From: Phoronis australis
Taxonomy: Eukaryota; Animalia; Phoronida
Assembly (NCBI GenBank): GCA_002633005.1
Contig: NMRA01000893.1
Location: forward strand, 1-49,099
Length of the DNA: 49,099 bases
Direction of reading: 5' to 3'
Below, one piece after another: positions 36,534 to 47,270 of the stretch. Under the pieces are notes generated by a model that was not told the origin of the DNA, searched no databases, and worked only from the letters and a program-made list of their open reading frames with translations. Within the stretch, counting starts at the first letter, position 1, and each line of letters starts with the position of its first letter. The position numbers and the translations under genes are program-made.

Positions 36534-36889
36534 CTGGTGTTAGTTCTTTAAGCAACAGTAGATATACAGTGTTCTGCACAGGCACAAATCTTATCCCACA
36601 AAACACGCCTTCTTATTGTTGTGTATGTACGATACACAGAGATGTCAAAAATCTGTACGACTCGACAATCTACACAATAAGTGATTAGAAACAAACAATA
36701 AGGTTTTCATACAATCTCAACAGTCTTTTTACAAGTGTTTCAAGCAGGCTATAGTCGGTAAGACAGTCCTTTTCATCAAGAACTTCTCAAAGGCGGTTTC
36801 ATTGCTCATATCCCTGGTGACAAAGTCGCATACGTATTGCTCCCTCTATCTGCGCAATCTCGCCTGTCCTTCTGCACCCGGTTCTTTAA

Positions 36890-37135
36890 CAAACTAGTCG
36901 TGCTCACCTTACCTTCTACGCCTTCCCGCGTCATCCAGGTAATGAACATCGTCCCCTTCTAATCTGGCGACAAAGTGGTCATCGCCTTCCGTAGAATCCA
37001 GCGCAGCTCTGCCTCAACCTCCTTTATAAGCCCTGCCATCCAAACTCCCCGTTGCCCCGTAACTGCCTTGTTGCGCCAGAGGCAAAAGCATGTCACAAGA
37101 GGGCACACAAGCGTCCAGCCATGCACTTCCCTGTA
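36890..37135 (-). mobile_element. Possible 3' fragment of an L1/Tx1-like ORF2
   Basis: FCLWRNKAV...LIKEVEAELRWILR...MFITW resembles the IW..RN...F...W C-terminal pattern; weak. Confidence 0.25.
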
Positions 37136-37139
37136 GGAA

Positions 37140-37440
37140 CACATAATCTACGCCAATATTCATACGGATCTAACGTCATTTAGCAAATGGAGAAGGGCAC
37201 GCCAAAACGATGGCATGCCATGTTCATCTAATCCATCCGAAAACGGGAAGGTGTTATCAAATTAACTTCTTGTCAAGTTCCATAAAATCCGCCAAGGAAC
37301 ACCAGGGGGCACAACGAAAGTCGGATCCCTTCAAAAGTCCTCACCATCTTCCTTTGTCATGTACATTCTAGAAAGACACTAGTTAACTTCAACACAGATC
37401 TTGAAAGAGGTTAGGACTGAGGAAGAGCAGCAGACGGAGC
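37140..37440 (-). repeat. Fragment of the HINE-like ~150-bp repeat family
   Basis: Reverse complement contains GTGCCCCCTGGTG and CCGTTTTCGGATGGATT. Confidence 0.6.
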
Positions 37441-38559
37441 CGTTCATGATCAGCTCTTCTTAGTAGGAACACGTGTTCTAATTTTCATAATGGTCCTGAG
37501 AGAGGTTGGTCGGATAGAAACAGACGGAAGGCGAAATCAGATTTTAGAGCAAAGGGCAACTAATTGGCGTAAAATACTTGGAATCTACTCAAAAATGGGA
37601 AAGTGTCGTTATCTTTTTAATAGAATCGCATTTGCCAAAGTTCACGAAAGTCCGTCAAGGATTCTGAAATTTGAGAGGAAATTAAATTAAATTACCACTA
37701 AGGTACACAGCGATGATTGAATATGTCCGAAAGTCCTCGCCATCCATTGTTAGTTTCTTACAAATACTTGAAAAGAGTACCTGCAAAGGGTTCGCAAATG
37801 CAAAAAATGTCTGTAGCAAGTGCCGCACTAATAAACGACAGCCGTCCTATTTCTAGTAAGAACACGCACATATATACACCGATCCTATAATAAACCGTAG
37901 AATGATTTGAGTAGCAGGAAGGCGGACCAAAAGCAAAAAATACAAGGTTGCACAAAAATACATTGAGTACAGCTGAAAACGAAAACGGCGGCGGCGTCCC
38001 TTTAAGAAATAACTCTTCACCTAACTAGTCAAGAACATCTGAAGATAACGGGGCTAACGTACAAAATTTGCTACTGAAGACACACCGATATCCATGTCAG
38101 TTTAAAACCGCTAATGCCATCCCATACATAATAGCAACATACATGTACCTACACAAATTCACAAATATCCATCACAGAGTTCTGAATATGCAACAAAGCA
38201 CGCCTGCCTTCTTCAGACAGGATGAAGATATAATACACACACAATACATCAGGGTCGTAGGAAGCGGATGGTGCCGGGGGGGGGGGGGGCNCACCGCAAT
38301 AGTTTTCAAGCGTTATGGTTAAATCGTGGCTACCGATCTACGTGTTGGGCGGGGACAGCAGAGCAAGGAAAGACTGCTAAATGCGGACAAGAGAGAACAG
38401 TTAGCGAACAGTTTTTCTTCGGTATTGCTGCTGAAGCTAGGAGCAGTAATTTGTTAATCGATTAGGACTGGTTTAACCCATGCACAGTCTGGCTCTGGTT
38501 CGCCTAGGGGTTGGGGTAACAAAACCCCAAATGGAGTTAGCTTATGTGTCTCATGAGTG

Positions 38560-39770
38560 CGTCTTATGCAAAGTGCAGGATTGACGAACCTAGTAGCGGC
38601 CGGGTTGCGGTAGTGGCCACGTACCTGACGAGCATACAGCGGAATGCGACATTAGTGCAAGTGGCAATTAAGAGCTTCCCTCGTGGCCGCCAATGTCGTC
38701 CACAGCCAGGTCCTTGCCGGCTGCAGAACGTACGGTGCCGCCGGACTGTCGCCGAAACGTGACGAACATGTACAGCAATGGAGCAAACTCCAGGACCGCG
38801 GGCTCATCTCTGCGAACTGTGAGTGCCATGATGTCGCTATTCAGATCAGGCACAGGTGGATTGCGAGGGAGAATTGTGCAGCGATATCCCGTGGGCCTGT
38901 CTCAGGCGAAAGCGATCGCCGTGAGCCGCAAAGGTGCCGCAGTGACATCCAATCGAGCCCGGTGTGCACCCCTGGTTCTCCACTCGGCATAAGCGGGCTA
39001 TCCATGTTGTGCAGTCCCGTCCTACCTGTATCCGACGACATTCAAGGGGCTATTTTGACAGTGATCTTTTTACCTACCTCTTTCCATCCACCCGGGAGAG
39101 CAAGAAACGGCCGTGTTCTAGAGCACGAGTGACGTGTGCATGGAATTAGAAAATTTTGCGCAGCCGGCTAACTGCTGTCGGATGGACTAAATTGTAATCC
39201 TTTAAACGGGTACAATATTTTTCCGAAATGTTTGTGCATTCTGGTGTTTCGCCGTCACCGCAGGGAAAAGCGGGTGCAGTATTTTATCTGGTTCATCGCG
39301 AGACAAATCCTACATGATTCCATGGTGAACCATCGAAGACAGGAAACCCGGTTTTAAAACAAATATCGCGAGTTGAAAACGGAGACTTTTGCACTTTCAA
39401 ATAGCTAACTAGCTGAAGAAAACCTATTCGCTAGTTTCTCTTGCAATGAATCGATTTCAACAATATAAAGAGGGCTACTATTTACTTTTCACTTTAAAAA
39501 ACGGTCATATTGGTAGTTTGCATTACCGGGTACTTACATGTATTGTTCGTTTTTTGACTTTGAAACGCGTACATGTACACAAAGCAAGACTAGTGGTTTA
39601 GGGCCGACCGCGGTGTCTCATTCGAAAATGAGTCGAAAATGATCCGCCGTATAACACTCGAGCGTGTTCCATAAATATCGTGGAGGGGTTGAGAAAAACA
39701 CTGCATGATGCAGCTTATGTGAACCATATGACTTACGTCATTAGTGCTGCCGGCAAAGGTCACCTACAGT
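38560..39770. promoter_or_regulatory. GC/CpG-rich island, possible promoter or first exon
   Basis: Visibly CpG-dense relative to the window; TGACGTG 39130, TCGCGAGA 39296, TTACGTCA 39733, CAAAGGTCA 39754; minus-strand donor-like CAG|GTACGT at 38625/38624. Confidence 0.35.
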
Positions 39771-40293
39771 GTATTTACAAAACTGTTTTTTCCGTCCTTA
39801 AAGGAGGCCGTTGATGACATTCAACTGGCCCACTTTTGTGTTTTTATGGAAAAAATCTTAAGGGGCCGCTAACGAAGAAAGGGCCCAATGCTGGAATTGG
39901 TTACCTCTATTTTACTGTTTTTGTCGAATTGTGCAACCTGCCTTCAAGGTGAAGGTCACTCCCTGCATCCTTTTGTTACCACACCACGGTGAAATGAACT
40001 GTCACTCTTTTTTCCAAGTTTAATCATGTTTAGCCTCTCATCTTAAAAGGTGTCCCATTTCAGACGGTACCCTCTCTCGGTGGAGCAGTTCGGGGTAATG
40101 TCTTTTTGTCCCTTTATACATGTAAATCCGACACTGCCATTTATTCACGAGAGAAGTTGAGATTCAAAGTCATCAAAAAACACCAAATATTCGTGCACAA
40201 CACAGCAGTATCGAGACATTCGGTACAAACCATGCGCGCACCCAGCCTTTCAATTCCTGACGTTGTGGACATTTTGCTTACAAAACAGCGGGC

Positions 40294-40298
<5 letters not shown>

Positions 40299-40330
<32 letters not shown>
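40299..40330 (+). repeat. Poly(A) tract (~32 nt)
   Basis: Homopolymer run. Confidence 0.9.
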
Positions 40331-40331
<1 letters not shown>

Positions 40332-41369
40332 GGGAGCACCACTGCGAAGTGCGCGTTTTCGATTAAGTGGACTTTTGTTCCATTTTCAGGGAATTTTTGT
40401 CTCTGAGCGGCGGACCTTTTTGCCCACTTCGCCAAATGGTTGGCTCATTCGAGCCCCCTGAGTCCCCCGCGCATGCAAACAACAAAAATTTTAAAAATAA
40501 CAGGATTGACCACAATCGAAAAGGTGGAATTTTGAAGGGGACGTGAAGACCACTATTTGTGAACTATACAAAAGGACTATTTCCAATGGCTAATTATAAA
40601 ATAAATTACTCTTTCCCGTGGTGTCACAAGTTTTGAATTGAAAATATCTATTTTTAAAATGGTTACTATGATTTTCGTGTAAATAATTCCCACTTGTGAA
40701 AAACACTGCTGTCTAGGCAACTATTTGTGGTGACCGTGTCCATGTCGAAAGAGGGTACTCAAAGAACTCTCGCAATAATAAACAATAATTTTAGCGTTTG
40801 TTTGTCAGTGGAGTTCAAATTTTATCTCGTGAACCGCTATAGGTACCTCGGAAATAAGCAAAGTTACACCTTACTACGAATTCCCCATCTCTCATGTTCT
40901 CCCGGTTACCCAGCATGCCTGCAGAAATTGCTTATAACATTCCTTTTGATCAACAAATTCGTTGGTTTCTAATTTACTTGTTGATAGATTCATAATTGAT
41001 TTTGGCAATTACAAGCTAATCTTGTAAGAATTGATGGAGTTAATTGAAGCCTGAAGTTAGAAAAACTCTATAATTCGATCCCCCAAAAGTAGACGATTTT
41101 TGCCTATCTAAAACAACTCTCAAGAACATTGGTGAAATTCAGACTCACAAATCTTAGATCGAAAAAATGTTTTAAAAGTCCTCAAATGAATAAAATTAAG
41201 CTCATTGCTTGGAAAGGTTGTTTTTACATTTTCTTGGCGTTCCTATATTTCAGTAGCATTGAGCAATGCATTTTTGTTCTTCAATTAAACTGAATTGTTT
41301 GCTTGACTTGCTTCCCCTGCGCGTCATGACTGACGCACTCACGTTAAAAAAGATGTAACCATGCAGTAG

Positions 41370-41470
41370 CAGGGGCGTAGGAAGCGGGAGAAGGGGCGTG
41401 TGGCGGAGGTAGTTTGGCGAAGTCGAAATGGTTTGTGCCCCCCAATAATTTTTACCTTCCTACGGGCCTG
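41370..41470. mobile_element. ~100-bp hAT-like mini TIR element
   Basis: CAGGGGCGTAGGAAG ... CTTCCTACGGGCCTG (13/15 IR); related left end CAGGGTCGTAGGAAGCGG at 38250; no TSD seen. Confidence 0.5.
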
Positions 41471-42149
41471 AGGTAAGAGGTGTACGCTTTCTCGCCCACT
41501 TGGTTGCATACCCTCTTTGCGTAAAATTTGCATTACCCGCAAAGTAATAAATTTAAACTGTCTAAAAGAAAAACATGAGCAACGCAAAGCACACAAAAAT
41601 TTTCACGACAGCACCGTAAGTTGTAAGCCTCTGCCGGCATTAATTTATTTCACTGTAGTTAATATCATTGTAATTAATACCATTGTAAATCTCTACTTTC
41701 ACAACTACCAAAAGTTTCCGACATGAAAGATTCAATGTTGTTGCTTTTGATTGCAAATTATGGAAAGTTTGCCAAAAACGGTTTCATGACATCTGCACAC
41801 TGAACAAACCATGCTCGGTAATACATTGGATTTGATGATTCTTGTTCAGTGGAGAAAATTGTCAAAATAGAAGTTTATGAGCTGCGGAAAGAGCAAAATA
41901 TAATGAATAGAAAAATCAAACTGATTATTTTGAGTCAACTTTGATTTTCCTCATACGTTTGATTTTTTACCAATTGGGTTTGATTTTCTACTAACTAATT
42001 TTTGCCCTTTCTGTAGCCCATGCCGCGAAAAGAACAAAAATAGTAAATAGAAAAGTGCTGAAACCCAATTCGTAATTTTGTCCTTTCCTAGCTCGCACCT
42101 AACTTGTTCCCGTTGCTATTGACAAATTTGATTTTCCAAAGACGATAGG

Positions 42150-43781
42150 TATTGACGCGTCCCCATACTTATGTGTGGCTGCATAGTGTCATCATCTCTG
42201 TCTGGGCGTCGTCGTCCGGGCGTCCGACGTCCGGCGTTCTAAACCTTCATATGATCTTGATGAGATTATGCAGATGTGTTCATAGCCTATATAGATGACA
42301 ACAGATGACGGCAAATTTTTAACTTTTCCGACTACTGGTATGCCCCCTGGTGTCAATTTTATTTCTTTACGTTCACCTCTGTATCTTCAAAGGTCATCAA
42401 CGGATTTTCAGTAAAATTTGGCAGTTAGGGATCCATTAGTGAGGAGAGCTATCCTCCCGTTTTGGGATGGATTCAATGTATTTTGCACCGCCAAATGGCC
42501 AATTTTATTGTTTTCGAGTTTTATTTTGGCGTCCTCCTTCAACGAAACTGCTATAAGGATCATTTTGAAAATTGGCATATATCATCTTACTGTGAAGAGG
42601 GCGACCGGGACGATGGTTTTCGGAGGACTTCGACTACTGGGGCTTCTTCTGTAGGCAGTTCTGTTTGTTTTTGTTCCAATGGGTGTATATCCTGAGCATT
42701 CTACACGATCTTTATTAAATTTTAAAAGTGTATTTATATGAAGTTGTCAACAGATGACGACTTTCCACGGATTGGACTACTGGTGTGCCCCCTAGTGGTA
42801 ATTTCAGTTTTTTAACGTTTGCCTCCGTATCTTCAAAGGTCATCAACGCATTTTCTTAAAAGTTGCCAGATATTGGCATATATTAGTAAGGGACGCTATC
42901 CTCTGGTTTTCAGATTGATTGGTATTTTTGGGTCGATTTTTACTGTTTTCGAGTCTGCTTCTAGCTCTGTCAATCAAATCACTTTATAGATGATTGTGAA
43001 TTGTCTTGTACATGTATCTTTCCTAAGGCGAAGGTAGTAGTACTGCTGACAATGAGTTTCTGACGACCTTGATTACTGTGGCAGTTTTGTTTTTTAAGCC
43101 CATGGCTTTATATCCTAAAGCCTTTGCAGGATCTTTATAGCATTTAGCAAGTGTATTTATATGAAGTTGACGACGATCGACGATTTTTTTAGACGGACCG
43201 ACATACCGTTTTGTGTCCCCTAGTGGTAATTTAATTTTTTCCCTTTTCCTCTGTATCTATGAAGCTGTTTATCAGACTCATATGAAATTTGGTAAATAGT
43301 TTTCTATTGAAACGATGATATGTCCCTGTTTTCTAATGGGTTCGACATATTTTGCGGCATCTAGTGGTCATTTTTCAGTTTTTGGCAACCGCCCCTCTAC
43401 CAACCAAACCACTCACACTCTAAGGGTGATTTTCAAAATTGACACATATCACGGTTCTTAGTGTGAAGAGGACGAATGACTATGATTTTCTGACGACTTC
43501 AACTACATGTACTATGGAGCCTCCTAGAGGCAGTTTTCTTTTTTCTCCCATAGCCTCTTAATGGCAATTTCGTTTTTGTTTCCGTTTTCCTTTTTTTTCT
43601 CAGAAGTTCCGTGACGGATTTGTATGAAATTTGGAAAATAGCTTTGATGACATATACCGATTTTCCTACGGATTCGATATGTTTTGCGCCTTCTAGTGGC
43701 CATTTTAAGGTACAAATAATCACCCGCCTAGAAGCACTCAGTTAGCAGTGCATTCCCTTGAGCATTTCAACGCTCCTTGTT
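42150..43781 (+). mobile_element. Helentron-associated non-autonomous element (HINE/DINE-1-like) with internal tandem array
   Basis: 5' GTCC/CGTC microsatellite (42200-42237), about ten ~150-bp core repeats with AAATTTGG and GCCCCCTAGTGG, 3' hairpin GAGCATTTCAACGCTC followed by CTTGTT (43760-43781). Confidence 0.65.
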
Positions 43782-44356
43782 AATCCTGTTATGAATTATG
43801 TTTAATTTCATATTTACTACGATTTACCCTTCCTCCACCCCTAGAAGTTCCGCGGTCTCTACTGGTCCAATACGCATGTACGTCTGTGAGGCGGGGGCAA
43901 TCCGGCAGCGAGGAAAATTATGATTATTATATATAGCTCATCACTGCAGCCTCGTACCCAAGCCTCAAGGTTCCACGTTGATAGCATTACAGCGTCCTCT
44001 ATTTCAGTAACTTTTCTAGACGTGAGGGGTGCTGAACGTGCGATAAGATCTGGCTTAACTTAACTTACATTTTTATAAGCCCATCCCAGTCAGGCTAGAT
44101 ACGATCTGATCGGAGATTAGAGCAATTATCAAACAAAAGAGCGTAGGCCCTCCAACCATCAACGCCAGAATGGAGTTAATTGGCTACGGGGGGTAAACTT
44201 CCCAACTTGTTCTTGGGCTATAGGCTACAATCGAACAAGTTGGGAGCAACGGGATGTGGCCGTCATGGGTTAATTTAGCTATTTGAGGCCTGTTAATGAG
44301 AAATCAAATGTGTCAGAATTCTGACACATTTTTCAGTATAGAAATTCTTCCGAAGA

Positions 44357-47270
44357 GGGGAGAACGGGACTTGTTCGACCCTTTTTTGAAAAAAGTGCAA
44401 TATTGCGGAAACTGTTTAAGCTGGTTCATCCATAAGCGCTGTACAAGAAGTGGGGTCTGTCAGCCAATATATGGTGCAAATTTAAGCGATGTAAATGCAC
44501 CTGTCTTGCAGCAATTTTTGTTTTAAAATGTCCACCCCGCCTGGGGCAAGTTGGACCCACCCACGGGACAAGTTCGGCCTCCATTGCAGTACTCTTAAAA
44601 TGAACCAAGACACACTTTTGCAAAATCAAATGTTGGTGTATACCTGTTTATTTCTCCCAAAGGACCGTAAATTACACACCAGCCAGGGCTTGAATGTCAA
44701 CTGTCTATTAAAAATACTTCGCAACTCATCATAATCTTTCACCTACTAAACTGATGATCGAATGCTACTTTTCTACTTAATGAGCTATTAAAAATAAACA
44801 TGGGAGTTTAACGTATTTGTCTTAGTCCTCCTCTGAGTTAGAGCTGTGGCACACAAAGGAGGACGGCGTCCCATCGTCTGCGCATTCCTTATGGTCTCAC
44901 ATACCTTTAAACTCAACGCAGGGGACCTATTTTCCTCTACTCCTGCTGTAAGAATATGGTTCTAAACAAACTAGACAAAAACACTCCTGTTCAGACTCGC
45001 TGTCTGATGATGGGGAGGGTAGTTTTCTCTTCTTTTTTGTTTTGTTTTAGTTTTGTGTCAACAGAACGCTTTCTGGAAGGTTTCTTCTTTCGCTTGGCCT
45101 GTTCTCCTCCCAGGACCTTTTTCTCTGGTGTCGGTGAGAACGGCGAATTTTCTCCGTTTTTTGTTTCCACCTGTGGTTTTGCTCGGTGGGGCTGTTGGGT
45201 GTCGTCTCATTGCCTGTGGCGAAAAGGACTCGTTTCCTTGAATATCGAAAATCACGGGCTACTGTACACTTGAATCTGATTCCAGGGATTGCTCAGGTAG
45301 GGCAGGTGATTTCGAGGTCTTAAAAGTTGCCCCGTGTTAATGAGCATTAACGACTGAACCTCGTAACTTGAAGTGAGATGAACGGTGCTCTTTGAGTCGA
45401 CACCAGATCGACCTGGTGGCAGTTTAACTTTATTTACCTTGCCAGCTACCCCAGTGAGAACAAGAACTTTCATTTGTAATGCAGTACACGGAGCATTGAG
45501 AAACATGTCGCATGCGCTGTTGTCGTATTGTTTGTCTTTTATATATCTTTCGACCGCTTCCGCTGCATCCAAGTCATCACAAGCAAATTGCTGGTAGTAG
45601 CCTTGGTGATTTTTCATCTCATCATCAAGAAGTTAAGCTATTTCGTCATTACTGTGGGTGCCTTCGCCAGTGGCGTGCAGTGATGAACTCAGAGCGTAGA
45701 GCAAGCAATGGCCTTTCCATGTGCTGGAATACCTGATATACAGTGGTCATTCAAGTACCGATTAAATTCATCAAGAACAGGCATAGTAGTTGATGTTGTT
45801 GGGAAACTGACAGGGTCAGGAAAGGGTCTATCATCTCTAAAGATGTTGGGATTGTACGGATAGATCCCCGACTTTTGAAACCCGATAGAAATATTGGAAA
45901 TGTTTAAAGTTTCCTTCCATGGTTTGCATATTATTGACGCCATGTCATACATGGTTTTTGGTTTTCCTGGGTTGTTTCTCAAGGAATTAGCTTGAGACAT
46001 AGATATTCGTTTTTTCAGTGGTCCAAAAATAGAAATGTCGAGCGGTTGAAGTCGATGTGAGCAGTTGGGTGGGAAAGATAGCATGACATTCCCGTTCTTT
46101 TGCGATGTCCAAGGCCTTGATGGATAGATGTGAATCGTGGTTATCCAGAAGAATGAGTGGGAGCATCTTTTGATGGTTTGACATTTTCAATGGAATGCAG
46201 AAGAAACATGGTGAAGTTGTCAACTGTCATCCAGCATGATGAATGAGCGGTTCCTTTTGAGCCAGTAGTGCTCCATTTATAAGGTATTCCTAATAATGCA
46301 CTCGAGGATAAACCAAGAAGTGTGGGATGGTCTCAATCACCGCAAGCTGAAACTGCAGCACACAGAGTCACCAACTGTCCCCTCTCTGCCGACGCCAGTG
46401 ACCTCACTTGCTTCAACTTTTCACGGTTTCATCACTAAGGTTACAATCCCTGTTTCATCCACATTCCATTATCTTTCGCTTCAAAATGGTACATGTATCT
46501 GTCCATAGTGCTTCCCAGTTCATTGAAACATTGCGAAACATTTTGTTTGTTAAATGCAGAGGCCCTAGCAAAACTAGTTGCCTCTGGAGATTTCACCGAC
46601 AAACTAGGATGACGCTTCAAAAAAGCCGAGAATCAGTCGACTCTCGCCATTTCTGTTTCACTCCAAGGATCTGGTATTTTAACAGCAATTTTCCGCCATT
46701 CGTATTCCAATGAACGTACTTCTCTCGGGCTTAGGCCAAAATATATATTTTATTCATATTTTAAGTAGTGTCGCTTCCTGATCATCTGTGAAAACTTGCC
46801 TTACGTTTTGTATCCAAATATCAGTTTTGAAGTTGAGCGACAGTCTTCAGGTAGATTGGTAAATCTCTTGACGTAATTTTGAAGTGTCGTTCTTGCGCAG
46901 TTGTTTTGTACCCATCATGCAGTAGCATTGTAATGTTCCAGTGCTGCCCTTAGAGTATCTGATACTCTTGATTTAGTTTTTCTCTTGTTATGTCGATCCA
47001 TGGTTTTGGAAAAAATCTGGAAAAAAAAAACAAACACATGATAATTAAAACTTGACATTTTATTTGTTCAAGACCAGACGATACAGGCATATACCCCGTA
47101 ATAGACCACAAGCCAGACGGCTTACTTTTAACCCGTTCTGGCTTCGCATCAGACATAGAGTAAAACACTTTCACATTTTTAGTGCCCACAGTTTTACGTT
47201 TAAAAATAATATTTTCTGTTCACAAACCTTCAGAATGAAAAGTCGCTTCGATTAAAATTCACATCTTACC
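44357..47270 (-). mobile_element. Decayed pogo/Fot-like (Tc1/mariner-related) DNA transposon
   Basis: Transposase pseudogene inside; terminal-like GGGGAGAACGGGACTTGTTCGACCC at 44357 and subterminal GGGGCAAGTTGGACCC at ~44543; opposite TIR not found, so boundaries approximate. Confidence 0.75.
44822..47001 (-). pseudogene. Pogo-like transposase pseudogene: HTH / CENP-B HTH / DDE_1 (DDD) / OTU-like insert / basic LTDT motif / PHD-like finger
   Basis: ATG 47001 (MDRHNKRKTK), TTLQNYVK, FGLSPREVRSL, KRHPSLSVKSPEATSFARASAFNK, WNVDETG (D 46459), LLDNHDSH (D 46145), FPPNCSHRLQPLD..FGPLK (D 46039), GFQKSGIYPYNP, FAVLTDTREK, CLVCLEPYS..PC...HKEC...FVC, TAA 44824-44822; many stops and frameshifts. Confidence 0.9.

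Larger units (their letters stand above)
34460..36838 (+). repeat. Right arm of inverted duplication (partner 17510-19130), with extra insertions
   Basis: See left arm; contains insertions at ~35470-35610 ((TTCTTA)n HINE-like fragment) and 36384-36533. Confidence 0.88.

Noticed and set aside
38683-39132. 149-aa ORF as a protein-coding gene
   Set aside because: GTG start, no recognisable domain, and long ORFs are expected in GC-rich DNA
40299-40330. Poly(A) as the tail of a retrocopy or SINE
   Set aside because: No upstream pol III boxes, coding similarity or TSD seen
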